The translations under genes and the position numbers were made by a program. Under the pieces are notes generated by a model. It searched no databases and was not told the DNA's origin. It worked only from the letters and a program-made list of their open reading frames with translations. Positions 1-14,208 of a stretch of DNA of 64,000 nucleotides are shown one piece after another. The stretch's first letter is position 1; every line of letters starts with the position of its first letter. This stretch comes from Octopus vulgaris (lineage: Eukaryota), in the NCBI GenBank assembly GCA_951406725.2, contig OX597818.1:4278001-4342000 (forward strand), read 5' to 3'.

Positions 1-791
<791 letters not shown>

Positions 792-1204
792 CCCAGAGTC
801 TATATATATGTATATATATATGTTTCCCAAAATCTCAAAATATTTTTCAATTCTATCTCAAGATTTCGGCATTTGCTGTTCCATTAATTTATCTCACCAA
901 GAACCCCTATGAATTTCCTCCTTCTCCCTTGGAGTATTTACTGCTTGACCCCTCTCTCTCTCTCTCTCTCTCGCTTCGATTTACCACCTGTAACACCAAC
1001 ACTTCTCTGTTACACCAACACTTCTCCCCTTAAAGTAGTGCAAGCCCTGTTTTTTCCCCTACTCGATTTTTCAATTCCTCTGCTGATAGAACACGGATCT
1101 CAGAAGATGCCGAGATAAGGAAAATTTTGACTTCTCAACCTCGTTCATGTTCTCCATGTTTAATGCGTAGATCGTAACCCTAATGCCCCCCCCCATTCGT
1201 TCTC

Positions 1205-1258
<54 letters not shown>

Positions 1259-1629
1259 CTATCTATTTCTTTATCACGTAAACATAGTACCGATAGCTTC
1301 GTCTTCCTGTTTGTCTTAAGATCATGCATATCTGTTAATTGCAATGTTTCATCTATTTATCCTTCCTAACCAAGGTTATCATTTCGTTCATTCATTCTCT
1401 CTAATTTCTCTAACCATAGTTTACAAGGGCAGAAGACGATGCTCTAGTCTAAACTTGCTGGTTCGTGGTACACCCGCCCTCCAACCCCTTCCACATTAGC
1501 CGGAAGTCTCTAACCTATGTCTTCCTCGTTTACCTCCCGCGAACACTTCTAAGGGCCAAATGACACCCCACCCCTATGTAGGGTCTATTTGATCATATAG
1601 CGCGCGAAAATGGTGCATCGTCCGAAGGT

Positions 1630-4600
1630 TGTAGTCAAGTGTTTCTTATGAATTCTGTCAAATGTGAGCTTTCTTTTCAGGTACATGACACTGCTGTCCC
1701 TCATCCCAGGGTCTCACAGGCCCACACCTCCCACGCCCACAGAGTTGGTACACTTAACGTTGGCACACTGAAAGGTAGGTCTGGTGAGATTGTTGAGATG
1801 CTTGAGCTTGTAGATTTGTGCTGCATCCAAGAAGTAAGGTGGAGAGGAGGTTCCGCTAGGTTCCTCACAGGCAAAGAACACAGGTACAAGATTTTCTGGG
1901 CAGGGAACACTGATGGGGTCAGGGGCGTGGGTATACTGAGGAGAAATGCGTTGATAAGGTAATCGAGGTCGTCAGAGTATATGACAGAGTACTTAAGATT
2001 AGATTAATGCTTCACCATACGTAAGCTACCATTATCTTGGCCTATGCGCCTCAGCCGGGGCTACCGGAGGGGCAGAAAGACAGATTCTATGACACCCGAT
2101 TGCAGACTACCTCGTCGACGAACGACAGAGACCTTCTTTTTGTGGCTGGTGATTTCAATGGACATGTTGGACAACGTGCAGGGGGCTTCCATGGCATACA
2201 TGGAGGCTATGGTTTTGGTTCCCGGAATGAGGAGGGAACCAGACTGCTGGAGTTCTGCAATGCAAATGATCTTATGGTTTGCAATACTAACTTCAGGAAA
2301 CCTGCCCGTCACCTAGTCACCTATCGTTCTGGCAGACACACCAGCCAAATTGACTATATCTTTGCCAGAAAAAGGGAAAGAGGGCTGCTTATGAATGCCA
2401 AAACCTTCCCAGGCGAAGAATGTACCCCTCAACATAGATTAGTAGTTAGTGACTTTAGGATCGGGGCTGAACGGATGCCCAGAAGAAGACCAGCCTGGAG
2501 GAGAAGGGTCTGGAAACTTAAAGATCCTGCAAATGGGCAGAGATTTAGAAACGTATTACTCGAAGCCTTTGATGAAACAGAAGGGGATATAGCTTCACAT
2601 AATGTAGAAGACAACTGGAGGTTTCTACAGGACAACCTGCTGAGAGCCACTGACCAGATCTGTGGGTGGTGCAAAGTCCCCACGCAACCCAAGGTAACAT
2701 GGTGGTTGAACAATGTGGTTGACAGGGCTATTAGACAAAAGAAACAGGCTTGGAAGGACTGGAAGAACGGAGGTAGCAGGGAACTGTATCAGACTGCCAG
2801 AAGGGAAGCTAGGAAACAGGTTGATTTAGCCAGAGGGGAAGCAGATAAGAAAAAAATTTGCCAATGTTCTGCACTGTGAGGACCAAAGACTTAAGGTATT
2901 TCGTGTTGCAAGACAGTGTGTGAGAGAGAATCGTGATATGGTAAGAGAGAAATGTGTTCGCATGGATGATGGTTCACTTGCGCTAAATGAGGATGCAAAC
3001 AGAGAGGTTTGGAGATGCCACTACGAAAGGTTGCTGAATAAAGAAAATGAATGGGATAAAGAGAGTCTGCCAAATGTCAACCCAACAGAGGGACCAGCTA
3101 TCCGAGTTGACAGTTCCTTGGTAGTTAAGGCAATTATAAGCATGAAGACAGGGAAAGCCCCAGGCCCATCAGGAATTACTGCAGAGATGCTCAAAATATC
3201 TGGCAGTGTTGGCTATAGCCTAGTCACCCGTATAGTTAACCAGGTGATACACGAAGGAGTCATACCCAATGACTAGTGTAGCAGCATAATAGTCAACTGC
3301 TACAAAGATAAAGGTGACGCCCTAGATACAAATAACTACAGGGGTATCAAGCTGTTGGATCAGGTAATGAAGGTTACGGAGAGAGTCATAGCCCAACTAA
3401 TTAGAGAGAGAGAGTTAGTTTAGATGAGATGCTGTTTGGGTTTGTGCTAAGGAAAAGTACTACTGATGCTATATTCCTGGTAAGACAGCTGCAGGAGAAA
3501 TACCTAGCCAAAGGTAAGCCCCTGTACCTGGCTTTTGTTGACATGGAGAAAGCCTTTGACAGGGTCCCCCGATCCCTTTCTGGTGGTCAATGAGGAAACT
3601 AGGGATAGATGAATGGCTGGTGAGAGCTGTGCAAGCCATGTACAGGGATGCTGTAAGTAAGGTTAGGGTTGGCAATGTGTACACTGAAGAATTCAAGGTA
3701 GAGGTTGGGGTCCACCAAGGTTCAGTCCTCAGCGCCCTCCTATTTATCATAGTCCTCCAGGCAATTACAGAGGAATTCAAGACAGGATGTCCCTGGGAGC
3801 TCCTCTATGCTGACGACTTTGCTCTAATTGCTGAGTCACAATCAGAACTGGGGGAGAAGTTTCAGGTGTGGAAGGAGGGATTAGAATCGAGGGGCATTAG
3901 AGTCAACCTAGCTAAAACCAATGTTCTAATAAGTAGGAAGGTAGACAAACCACAAATGCCTTCAAATAGATGGCCCTGCTCGATCTGTAGAAAAGGCGTA
4001 GGTAGAAACTCTATAAGATGTACCCAGTGTAAGCTATGGACACATAGAGGTGCAGCAATGTCAAAGGAAGGCTAACTAGGAAGATAGTTTTTGTATGTGG
4101 CAGATGCTCAGGAGCAATAAACACTGAAAATCTGCAGAAAACAACTTCCGTCATTTTCCAGGGGGAAAAACTAGAAGTAGTTGATAGCTTCCATTATCTA
4201 GGTGACCAAGTCAGTAGTGGGGCTGGGTGTGCTGAAAGTGTAACTGCTAGAGTAAGAATAGCCTGGGCAAAGTTCAGAGAGCTCTTACCCCTGCTGGTGA
4301 CAAAAGGCCTCTCTCTCAGAGTAAAAGGCAGACTGTATGATGCATGTGTACGAACAGCCATGCTACATGGTAGCGAAACATGGGCTGTGACTGCTGAGGA
4401 CATGCGTAAGCTCGCAAGGAATGAAGCCAGTATGCTCCGATGGATGTGTAATGTCAGTGTGCATACTCGACAGTGTTAGTACCTTGAGAGAAATGTTGGA
4501 CCTAAGAAGCATCAGCTATGGTGTGCAAGAGAGACGATCGCGCTGGTATGGTCATGTGGCAAGAATGGATGAAGATAGGTGTGTGAAAAAGTGCCAATCC

Positions 4601-5617
4601 CTAGCAGTTGAGGGAACCCGAGGAAGAGGTAGACCCAGGAAAACCTGGGACGAGGTGGTGAAACACGACCTTCGAACTTTAGGCCTCACTGAGGCAATGA
4701 CTAGCGACCGAGACCTTTGGAAATATGATGTGCGTGAGAAGACCCGGCAGGACAAGTGAGTCCAGCCCACTTATGCATGTCTTTCCTCCCTTGGACACAC
4801 AAAGACCTGTTGAGGCAAGCAAAGTCAAAATCGAACCTCATCCGACGACAGGCACCCATACCAACCTCCCTTCACTGGACACTAAACTCTGCTTGCGAAG
4901 ACCTGTTGGGGCAAGTGAAATCGGAATCGAAATTGAACCAATCCTATGACTGGCACCTGGCAGTTGCCAGGACCGCTGGACTGACTCTTGTGCAGGTGAC
5001 AAGTGAAGAAATACCATTTTGACCCTGTGCTTGAGGAGATCCATTGAGTCAAGTACACCAACATCAAAATCAATGGAAACTGCAGTTGTGATCCCTGTGC
5101 CGGTGGCATGTAAAAAGCACCATCTGAACGTGGCCGATGCCAGCGCTGCCTAGACTGGCTTCCATGCCGGTGGCACGTAAAAAGCACCATCCGAATTGTG
5201 GCCGATGCCAGCACTGCCTAGACTGGTTTCCATGCCGGTGGCACGTAAAAAGCACCATCCGAATCGTGGCCAATACCAGTGCCGCCTTCACTGGCTTCCG
5301 TGCCGGTGGCACGTAAAAAGCACCATCCGAATCGTGGCCAATGCCAGCGCCACCTTGACTGGCTTCCGTGCCGGTGGCACGTAAAATGCACCAATCCGAT
5401 CGTGGCCGTTGCCAGCCTCGCCTGGCACCTGTGCAGGTGGCACGTAAAAAGCACCCACTACACTCATGGAGTGGTTGGCGTTAGGAAGGGCATCCAGCAG
5501 TAGAAACAGTGCCAGATTAGACTGGAGCCTGGTGCAGCCTTCTGGCTTCCCAGATCCCCAGTCGAACCGTCCAACCCATGCTAGCATGGAGAACGGACGT
5601 TAAACGATGATGATGAT
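1630..5617 (+). mobile_element. RTE-clade LINE family A, near full-length, frameshifted (APE endonuclease, RT, PHD-like finger, repeat-containing 3'UTR, (GAT)n tail)
   Basis: ORF pieces: LNVGTL..CCIQEVRW, AGDFNGHVG and SQIDYI (APE); GVHQGSVLS and LYADD (RT); CSIC..CTQC; RGRPRKTW; tail gatgatgat at about 5606-5617. Confidence 0.93.
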
Positions 5618-6289
5618 ATATAACTAATGCAAAGAATTAGAAAATGGAGAAAACCATAGATTAACCTACACATTGATTGGATCACGTTTATAGCTTATTT
5701 ATTAATACAAAGCATGACAAGAGAGACAAGCATGACAAATCTTACAGCTGTTTCTAATGACATTGCCAGAATGCAGTCTATACATAAATGCGAGGATAAA
5801 ATTCTTCATCTTCATAGGACATTCAAATTAAGGCAACGGATCTTCACTCGAGTGAAAAACAAGAGCATACAATATAAACAAAAGGGTGAAGCAAGAGGTA
5901 AGAAAACATGGCTAAGACACATAGTCTAAAAACCCAATATGAAAATAAGTGAAAATAATTAATTATTTAACATCAGGGCTACAAAAGCATAGATGAAAGA
6001 GTGAGCTAGTAAAGATCTAGGGAATACAACAAATTATTAACAGGTGAGTACAATTAGAAGTGGGGTGTCAGGATGTTTAAAAAAGGAAGTTATCAAGAAA
6101 CTATATATAAAGAAAATACTAATATAATTATCAAAGGTCAATACCTATGGTAAAGGAATAAACTTAAGTAAAAATAAACAATTACTTACAGGTCTCCCAT
6201 GTACACTTCAAAAGTCTTACGCCACCCCCCACCATAAAAGGTAGTGATCATACATTGCAAAATATGATAGTGTAGTGTACGCGGTTTGA

Positions 6290-9200
6290 ACTTAAGTCTA
6301 TTGTTTGTCTATAAATCCTGCCCAATGCGAGTTTTCTTTTCAGGTTCATGAAGCTACTGTCCCTCGTCCCAAGGTGCATAGGGCCTATACCTCCCACACC
6401 CTCAGGGTTGGCATACTGAAAGGTAGGTCTGGCGAGATTGTTGAGTTGCTTGAACGGAGGTGTGTTGATATGTGTTGCATTCAAGAAATGAGGTGGAGAG
6501 GAGGTTCTGCTAGGTTCCTCACAGGCAAAGAACACAGGTACAAGATTTTCTGGGCTGGGAACACTGAAAGGATCGGGGGTGTGGGTATACTTATCGCTGA
6601 AAAATGGGTAGATAAGGTAATTGAGGTAGTCAGAGTATGCGACAGAATACTTAAGATTAGATTAGTGCTTCATCATGGATTAGCAACCATTATATCGGCC
6701 TATGCCCCTCAGCCAGGGCTACCCGATGGACAGAAAGACCGATTCCATGACACCCTACTACAGACTACGTCATCGACGAATGACAGGGACCTTCTCTTTG
6801 TGGCTGGGGACTTCAATGGGCATGTTGGACGACATGCTGGGGGCTTCCATGGCATACATGGGGGCTACGGTTATGGTTCCCGCAACGAGGAGGGAACCAG
6901 GCTGCTGGAGTTCTGCGATGCGAATAGTCTTATGGTTTGCAACACTAACTTCAGGAAACCTACCAGCCAGCTAGTCACCTACCGATCGGGCCGACATACT
7001 AGCCAAATCAACTACATCCTTGCCAGAAAAAGGGAAAGATGGCTGCTTATAAATGCCAAAACCTTCCCAGGTATGTACCCACAACATAGACTGGTAGTTA
7101 GTGACTTTAGGATCAGGACTAAGAGGACGACCAGAAGACGACCAACATGGAGAAGAAAGGTCTGGAAGCTTAAAGATCCTGCGAATGGACAGAGTTTTAG
7201 AGACATATTACTTTGACAAAACAGAAGGGGATATAGCTTCACATGGGGGAGAAGACAACTGGAGGTCTCTAAGGGACAACCTGCTGAGAGCCACTGACCA
7301 GATCTGTGGTTGGTGCAAAGTTCCCTCAAGACCCAAAATAACGTGGTGGTAGAACAATATTGTTGACAGGGCTATTAGACAAAAGAAACAGGCTTGGAAG
7401 GACTGGAAGAACGGAGGTAGCAGGGAACTGTATCAGACTGCCAAAAGGGAAGCTAGGAGGCAGGTTTATTTAGCCAGAGGGGAAGCAGATAAGAAAAAAT
7501 TTGCCAATGTTCTGCACCGTGAGGACCAAAGACTTGAGGTATTTCATGTTGCAAGACAGGGTGTGAGAGAGAATCGTGATGTGGTAGGAGAGTAATGTGT
7601 TCGCATGGATGATGGTTCACTTGCGCTAAATGAGGATGCAAACAGAGAGGTTTGGAGACGTCACTATGAAAGGTTGCTGAATAAAGAAAATGAATGGGAT
7701 AAAGAGAGTCTGCCGAATGTCGACCCAACAGAGGGACCAGCTATCCGAGTTGACAGTTCCTTGGTAGCTAAGGCAATTAGAAGCATGAAGATAGGGAAAG
7801 CCCCAGGCCCATCAGGAATTACTGCAGAGACGCTCAAAATATCTGGTAGTGTCAGCTATAGCCTAGTCACCCGTATAGTTAATCAGGTGATACATGAAGG
7901 AGTCATGTGTAGCAGCATAATAGTCAACTGCTACAAAGATAAAGGTGATGCCCTAGATACAAATAACTACAGGGGTATTAAGCTGTTGGTTCAGGTAATG
8001 AAGGTTACGGAGAGGGTCATAGCCCAACTAATTAGAGAGAGAGTTAGTTTAGATGAATTAGTTAGTTTCGTGCTAAGGAAAATTAATACTGATGCTATAT
8101 TACTGGTAAGACAGCTGCAGGAGAAATACCTAGCCAAAGGTAAGCCCCTGTACCTGGCTTTTGTTGACATGGAGAAAGCTTTCGACAGGGTCCCCCGATC
8201 CCTTTCTGGTGGTCAATGAGGAAACTAGGGATAGATGAATGGTTAGTGAGAGCTGTGCGAGCCATGTACAGGGACGCTGCTAGTAAGGTTAGGGTTGGCA
8301 ACGAGTACAGTGAAGAATTCCGGGTAGAGGTTGGGGTCCACCAAGGTTCAGTCCTCAGCCCCCTCCTATTTATCATAGTCCTCCGGGCAATAACAGAGGA
8401 ATTCAAGACAGGATGCCTCTGAGAGCTCCTCTATGCTGATGACCCTGCTCTAATTGCTGAGTCACTATCAGAACTGGGGGAGAAGTTTCAGGTGTGGAAG
8501 GAGGGATTAGAATCGAGGGGCATTAGAGTCAACCTAGCTAAAACCAAAGTCCTAATAAGTAGGAAGGTAGACAAATTAAAACGCCTTCAGGTAGATGGCC
8601 CTGCTCGATCTGTAGAAAAGGCGTAGGTAGAAACTCTATAAGATGCACCAAGTGTAAGCTATGGACACATAAGAGGTGCAGCAATGTCAAAGGAAGGCTA
8701 ACTAGGAAAATCGTTTTTGTATGTGGCAGATGCTCAGGAGCAATAAACACTGAAAATGCGCAGAGACCAACTTCCACCACATTCCAGGGAGAAAAACTAG
8801 AAATAGTTGATAGCTTCCGTTTCCTAGGTGACCAAGTCAGTAGCGGGGATGGGTGTGCTGAAAGTGTATCTGCTAGAGTAAGAATAGCCTGGGCAAAGTT
8901 CAGAGAGCTCTTACCCCTGCTGGTGACAAAAAGCCTCTCTCTCAGAGTAAAAAGCAGACTGTATGATGCATGTATACGAACAGCCATGCTACATTGTAGT
9001 GAAACATGGGCCGTGACTGCTGAGGATATGCGTACGCTCGCAAGAAATGAAGCCAGTATTCTCCGATGGATGTGTAATGTCAGTGTTCATACTCAACAGA
9101 GTGTAAGTACCTTGAGAGAAAAGTTAGACCTAAGAAGCATCAGAGGTGGTGTGCAAGAGAGATGATTGCACTGGTCTGGTCATGTGATGAGAATGGATGA

Positions 9201-9925
9201 AGATAGTTGTGTGAAAAAGTGCCACACCCTAGTGGTTGAGGGAACCTGTGGAAGAGGAAAACCTGGGACGAGGTGGTGAAGCACGACCTTTGAACTTTAG
9301 GTCTCACCGAGGAAATGACTAGAGACCGAGACCTGTGGAAGTATGCTGTGCATGAGAAGACCCGGTAGGACAAGTGAGACCATAACCCATGGCCTCTACC
9401 TGGGATGTAGCCAGTCCACTTATGCATACCTTTCCTTCTTGGGACACAAAACTCTACTTGTGAAGACCTGTTGAGGCAAGTGAGAATCAGAATCAAAATC
9501 GAAATCAATCAACATCAATAGAAATTGTAACTGTGATACCAGTGCCGGTGGCATGTAAGCGAACCATCCGAATGTGGCCGTTGCCAGCACTGCCCCGACG
9601 GGCCTCTGTGCCAGTGGCACATAAAAAGCACCATCCGATCGTGGCCGTTGCCAGCCTCACCTGGCCCCCGTGCCGGTGGCACGTAAAAAGCACCATCCGA
9701 CCGTGGCTGTTTGCCAGCCCCATCTGGCAGCTGTTACAGTGGCACGTAAAAAGCACCAACTACACTCACGGAGTGGTTGACGTTAGGAAGGGCATCCAGC
9801 TGTAGAAACATTACCATATCAGACTGGGCATGGTGCAGCCTTCTGGCTTCCCAAACCCCAGTTGAACCGTCCAACCCATGCTAGCATGGAAAGCGGACGC
9901 TAAATGACGATGATGATGATGATGA
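6290..9925 (+). mobile_element. RTE-clade LINE family A, second near full-length decayed copy
   Basis: ORFs 6305-7216 (APE), 7605-8219 and 8216-8422 (RT); same 3'UTR and (GAT)n tail as the copy at 1630-5617. Confidence 0.93.
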
Positions 9926-9955
9926 ATTAATACTAAGAATCCCACATATGATTGA

Positions 9956-10060
9956 GACCTGAAAAGTAGCTATGTATTGTTGGATTAAAGAAATATTAAT
10001 TTTTGATTATCGATTTTGATATTGTAGATTCATACACATAGTCACGAAACACGTGTCGTC
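9956..10060 (+). ncRNA. Degenerate type I hammerhead (Penelope pLTR relic)
   Basis: gac-CTGAAAA-gtagctatgt...acatagtcac-GAAA-cacgtg-TC-gtc; G8 of CUGANGA is replaced by A. Confidence 0.45.
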
Positions 10061-10265
10061 ATTTTAATGTGTATTTTTAATGTACATTATTTAGTATAGA
10101 AATTATTAGCACGATATTAATAATAAAGCCGTTTTAATGTGTAGAAATGTTTAGTACAACGTTAATAATAATATATTTAAATTAATATAATATCTTTCAG
10201 TATTAATTGAATTACTTTATGGAGGTTCTATCTCTTAATTCTAAGCAACAGGATATTAAGAAGTA

Positions 10266-10353
10266 ATGCAGTACAGCTGCTTCAAGCAGCTCCATTTAAC
10301 TGAACAATGCAATCATTACATCAATTTAAATGCAGGGCTATCATCAGCTACAT
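10266..10353 (-). ncRNA. Type I hammerhead, GAAG variant
   Basis: Minus strand reads atgtag-CTGATGA-tagc...gctgctt-GAAG-cagctg-TA-ctgcat; stem I pairs and stem III is palindromic. Confidence 0.6.
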
Positions 10354-12197
10354 AAATAAATAAATACAATTTTTAATCAGTTGGACACATTGATATAATT
10401 TTACTCAAATGCTCTAATAGAGCAAGAAGAGAGAAAGAGTCCATGTTGCCACTAAGAATATACTACACTTCTAAGAAATGTATGAAGTTTGTAGGGGTCA
10501 TAGCTTGTAAAGGATTGTGGTTCATTTTTGATTTATTAGTCATTTTATCAACTACCAAATGTAAGACTAAAGGACTGTGTCTGTTTAGAATTTAGGGTAG
10601 GAGTGAGTTGACAGCACATAGCTGAGTATGGTCATATATATTGTCAAGATTTCTAGGATTAGTATAAAGTAACTGTCTATAAAGGAGGCTGGGTAGGGGA
10701 AGACACCAAATCAAGATGTCATTTACCAGTTAAAGGGGTAAAATGTTAATAAAACCTATAATGTTAATACACAGGAAATTATCATGGGGTACTATAGGTA
10801 ATTGTATATAAACAAAATTATGTTGTATAAAGATAAGACTTAAGCTTATTAAAAATGATATCATAATTAAAATAGATAAAATGTGTATATATACCAATTT
10901 TCAACATTAGAAAGGGAAGATTACATAGAATTAGTTTAATATTCATTCATGTACTTAATTATTTACTTGTTAGATGGTTTCAATAAAGATTGCTCTGGGT
11001 ATTTACTTATGGAATACTAGGGCGATAAATCATGCTATAATTATAAGCTATGAATCAGAAGAAAAAAAAAGGAAAAAAAAAAGAATAAGTTGTGTACAGA
11101 TACATACACATATTTAACTATGTGCACACATGCAAATATACACAAATACTTATACTTTATTATGGATATGTTACAACCAACTCTCATAGACTTACGCAAC
11201 TAGAAAGTTTATATCACTACTTAAGAACAGTAACAACTTATAAGGGATAAGAGGTTAATAGGTAAATATATCAAAATAAGAAAACAAAATAATAAGAAAT
11301 TATAGAGAATAGTAAGAAAATATATATAACCTAGATTCTAAAGAGACAGAGTATTAATATTTGAGGTAGGGGAAAGATAAAGATAACCTCACAGAAGAAG
11401 CAAGAGGTATGGTAGTATTGAGGGCAGTAGGAAATATTCAGACCAATAAGTTATAAAGTTACCTTTGCAATTTACTATTACATACATGATTTTATAGTTT
11501 CACAGGGGTATATAATTAGGAGGCTTACTTACATAAAAACAATTATAAAATATATAATATGTTAGTAGGGTAGAACATCACACAAAGGAAGAAATAGTTT
11601 GATTACCAAAAACATGATGAAGTCCGACTAACTAGGCAGGATTATTCATAGGATAGTAATTACATGTAGCATACCACATACCATACCATATAGCTTATAA
11701 CATATGCAATGCACTTTAATTCATCATATTACTCAATATCCCATGATTTTATTATAATACTAGGAGGTAAGTTCACATCAGATACTACACTAAAAATTAA
11801 TTTCCCTCATCCAGGTTCAAGTATAGCACCTTTAAATGCTAATTTTAAAAATATTTAAATGTATGGGTGACACTATGTACACAAGATACCCTATTATATA
11901 TATATATATATATATATATAATAGAAATATGTTACAGAAAGAAAATAGATACTACACGTGGTAATGTAAGGGGAAAGTAAGAAAAATAAACGAAAATGCA
12001 CATTGTAAATCAAAATAAGTAAAGGCTTTTTATGAAAAGTAACGAAAGATATATAAATTTAGATGAACTGAGGTAGGAATAAAAGTAATAAAAGTCATTA
12101 TTGTGAATTGTTAAAGAGATTCAAGCGTACCGGTTTTGTAAGTTGCCTTGAATACAACTATTCATTGCTTTGAATGCACATATATATATATGGATAT

Positions 12198-12232
<35 letters not shown>

Positions 12233-12414
12233 CTTTGATACTTTGATAGGTTTCGGCCATTATTGGCCCAGGCCATGTCTAACTTAATAGCACCACCAAT
12301 ATATATATATATATATTGATAAAACGGTAAGATAACAAAAGAAAGAAAGAGACCTCAATATTATGTAAATAGAGGAAATTTATCTATACAATATGTTACA
12401 TTACTCGGTAGTCA

Positions 12415-12477
12415 AGATAAAACTCTGAGTTTCAGATGCCGAAGTGGAAATCCACAACACCATCTCTTCGGTTATCT
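12415..12477 (-). ncRNA. Type I hammerhead with CCGAAGA core, 3' of Naiad-like GIY-YIG ORF
   Basis: Minus strand reads agataa-CCGAAGA-gatg...catct-GAAA-ctcagag-TT-ttatct; 6-bp perfect stem I. Confidence 0.65.
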
Positions 12478-12671
12478 GGCTATTTGAAAACGTTATGAAA
12501 AAATACCGTTAAAAATGAAGGGAAATTACTCTGTTATAACTCTGCTTTGCCTGCGTACTTATACATCGCTCGCATTTTTCTTCATAAAAATTATATAAAA
12601 ATACATAAAAATATATAAAAATATATAAAAATATATAAATTCTTCTTGGGACATAACACAGAAAGCATGTT

Positions 12672-13595
12672 CTATCCGTTTTCTTTAGGGGACCAAAAAC
12701 GTAACAGAAATTTAGTCACATGTGGGCATGATCCGAAAAGCTCTGTCCTTGTATTTAGACATGTGGTAGGGTCTAAGCTGCTTTTCCAGATAAGCCATCT
12801 CTCCATGTCGCATAAACCGCACCTTCCGCTGCCGTTAGTATAGGGCTTACATCTGGCCAAAATCTTCCATTGTATGTTATAATCGACACCTTTATCTCTT
12901 AAAGACCAAATATGATTGGATAATTGTGTCGCTTTTCTTTTGTTCCAGTGCCTAAAGCTCAAAGTGTGGTTATTGAACCTGGCCTTGAAATTACCCTCTG
13001 TAAGGCCCACGTATTTCTTCGTCGAAACGGTGTCTTTAGTGGTTATAGAGTTTACGGTAGCTTCATATATGATGGTCTTGGACATGCAAGCTCCATTTAG
13101 CGGGCACAATTCTTTATTCCTGCATGAACAGCTGTTTTCTTCTTGTGTTTTTTGTATGTTATGATTGATTATGTTTTTAAAATTGGTTGTTGAACTAAAA
13201 CTAATTTTTAAATTGTGTCTATTGAAGAGTTTCCTATAAGCATGGTTAACTGGAAAATGTCTATCTATCAGTGCTAGGAAATATTTACCTATATTGAAGG
13301 CCACCTCGGGTGAGTAAGGGGGTGTAAACCAGATGACCTTCCTATTTCTATTCTTCCTTTTCCTTACTGTTGGGCTAGTGATAGGTGTATATTTTATTTT
13401 TTCGCTAAAACCACTATCTTTTAAAGCTTTATTATAAACTGGGGCAACGCTATTGAAGATGTCCTCATTAGATGAGAGGCTAGAAATCCTCTTACTAATA
13501 TTTTTAACTAAATTTTTAACAGAAATCGTTTTATTGCATTCTACACGTGTTTCGAAAGCACAATTTACCAAATTCCGATTGAATAAGGAGACCAT
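12672..13595 (-). CDS. Naiad-like Penelope element C-terminus (RT thumb/linker plus GIY-YIG endonuclease), no RT core
   Basis: ISKRISSLSSNEDIFN, VIWFTPPYS..NIGKYFL, IIYEA..KYVGLTEGNFKARFNNH, CGLC..E, CPH; 307-codon open frame. Confidence 0.8.
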   Translation of the reverse strand: MVSLFNRNLVNCAFETRVECNKTISVKNLVKNISKRISSLSSNEDIFNSVAPVYNKALKDSGFSEKIKYTPITSPTVRKRKNRNRKVIWFTPPYSPEVAFNIGKYFLALIDRHFPVNHAYRKLFNRHNLKISFSSTTNFKNIINHNIQKTQEENSCSCRNKELCPLNGACMSKTIIYEATVNSITTKDTVSTKKYVGLTEGNFKARFNNHTLSFRHWNKRKATQLSNHIWSLRDKGVDYNIQWKILARCKPYTNGSGRCGLCDMERWLIWKSSLDPTTCLNTRTELFGSCPHVTKFLLRFWSPKENG

Positions 13596-13617
13596 ATTGT
13601 GTCTTTCTCTTCAGGAA
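13539..13617 (-). ncRNA. Type I hammerhead between the two GIY-YIG ORFs
   Basis: Minus strand reads ttc-CTGAAGA-gaaagacacaat...attgtgctttc-GAAA-cacgtg-TA-gaa, then AATAAA. Confidence 0.7.
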
Positions 13618-14208
13618 GAAATAGGAAATCCGTTGGAAAAAACAAAAACAGAACAGAGGCGAAGCAAAACAAATCGAACGCGGCTCCTAAGAGCCCATGG
13701 CCAAACTGTTTATCAATGTATGTTGAAAACTGGTGGTGGGTGCGTTGAAGGTTTTAACGGGTCAGGCAGCGGTCATTCCGGTGGGTGGGGGCATGGGGTG
13801 CTTAGATGTTCTTTGTGACCGAGACTAAAGTTCTGACTATTTAAAGAATATTAGGTGTATTATATGGGGCGAGACAAAATCTACTTAGAAACATGTGTGT
13901 GTGTACTGTTCTATGTGTTTGTATGTGCGTTTGATCATGTGGCCGTCAGTTGGTAAACAGCCCTACACAATGGTCACTGCTGTAAAATCCGTCGGGTCGC
14001 AGAAAGAAATTTTTTATGTGCGTGTGTTCGTCTAAACCTGCCTTGTCAAAGAAACCCCCCGTCGTCAAGACAAACCACCATTCGTCTCCCAGGAGTAATT
14101 CCCCTTGCAATGGTTAATCATATTTCTCTTAAAAGTTTTTCAGAATTTATTTCCAAGGGCTATTTTCATATAAGTAGTGTAACCGGGTGCAGGTATTATT
14201 TATAAGCG

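Noticed and set aside
5095-5460. CRISPR-like repeat-spacer look of the RTE 3'UTR units
   Set aside because: Spacers resemble each other, there are no cas genes, and the context is a eukaryotic LINE UTR
5095-5460. Resemblance of hairpin+TAAAAA units to a pistol or twister ribozyme
   Set aside because: The loop is too short and I could not find the remaining conserved stems or catalytic residues
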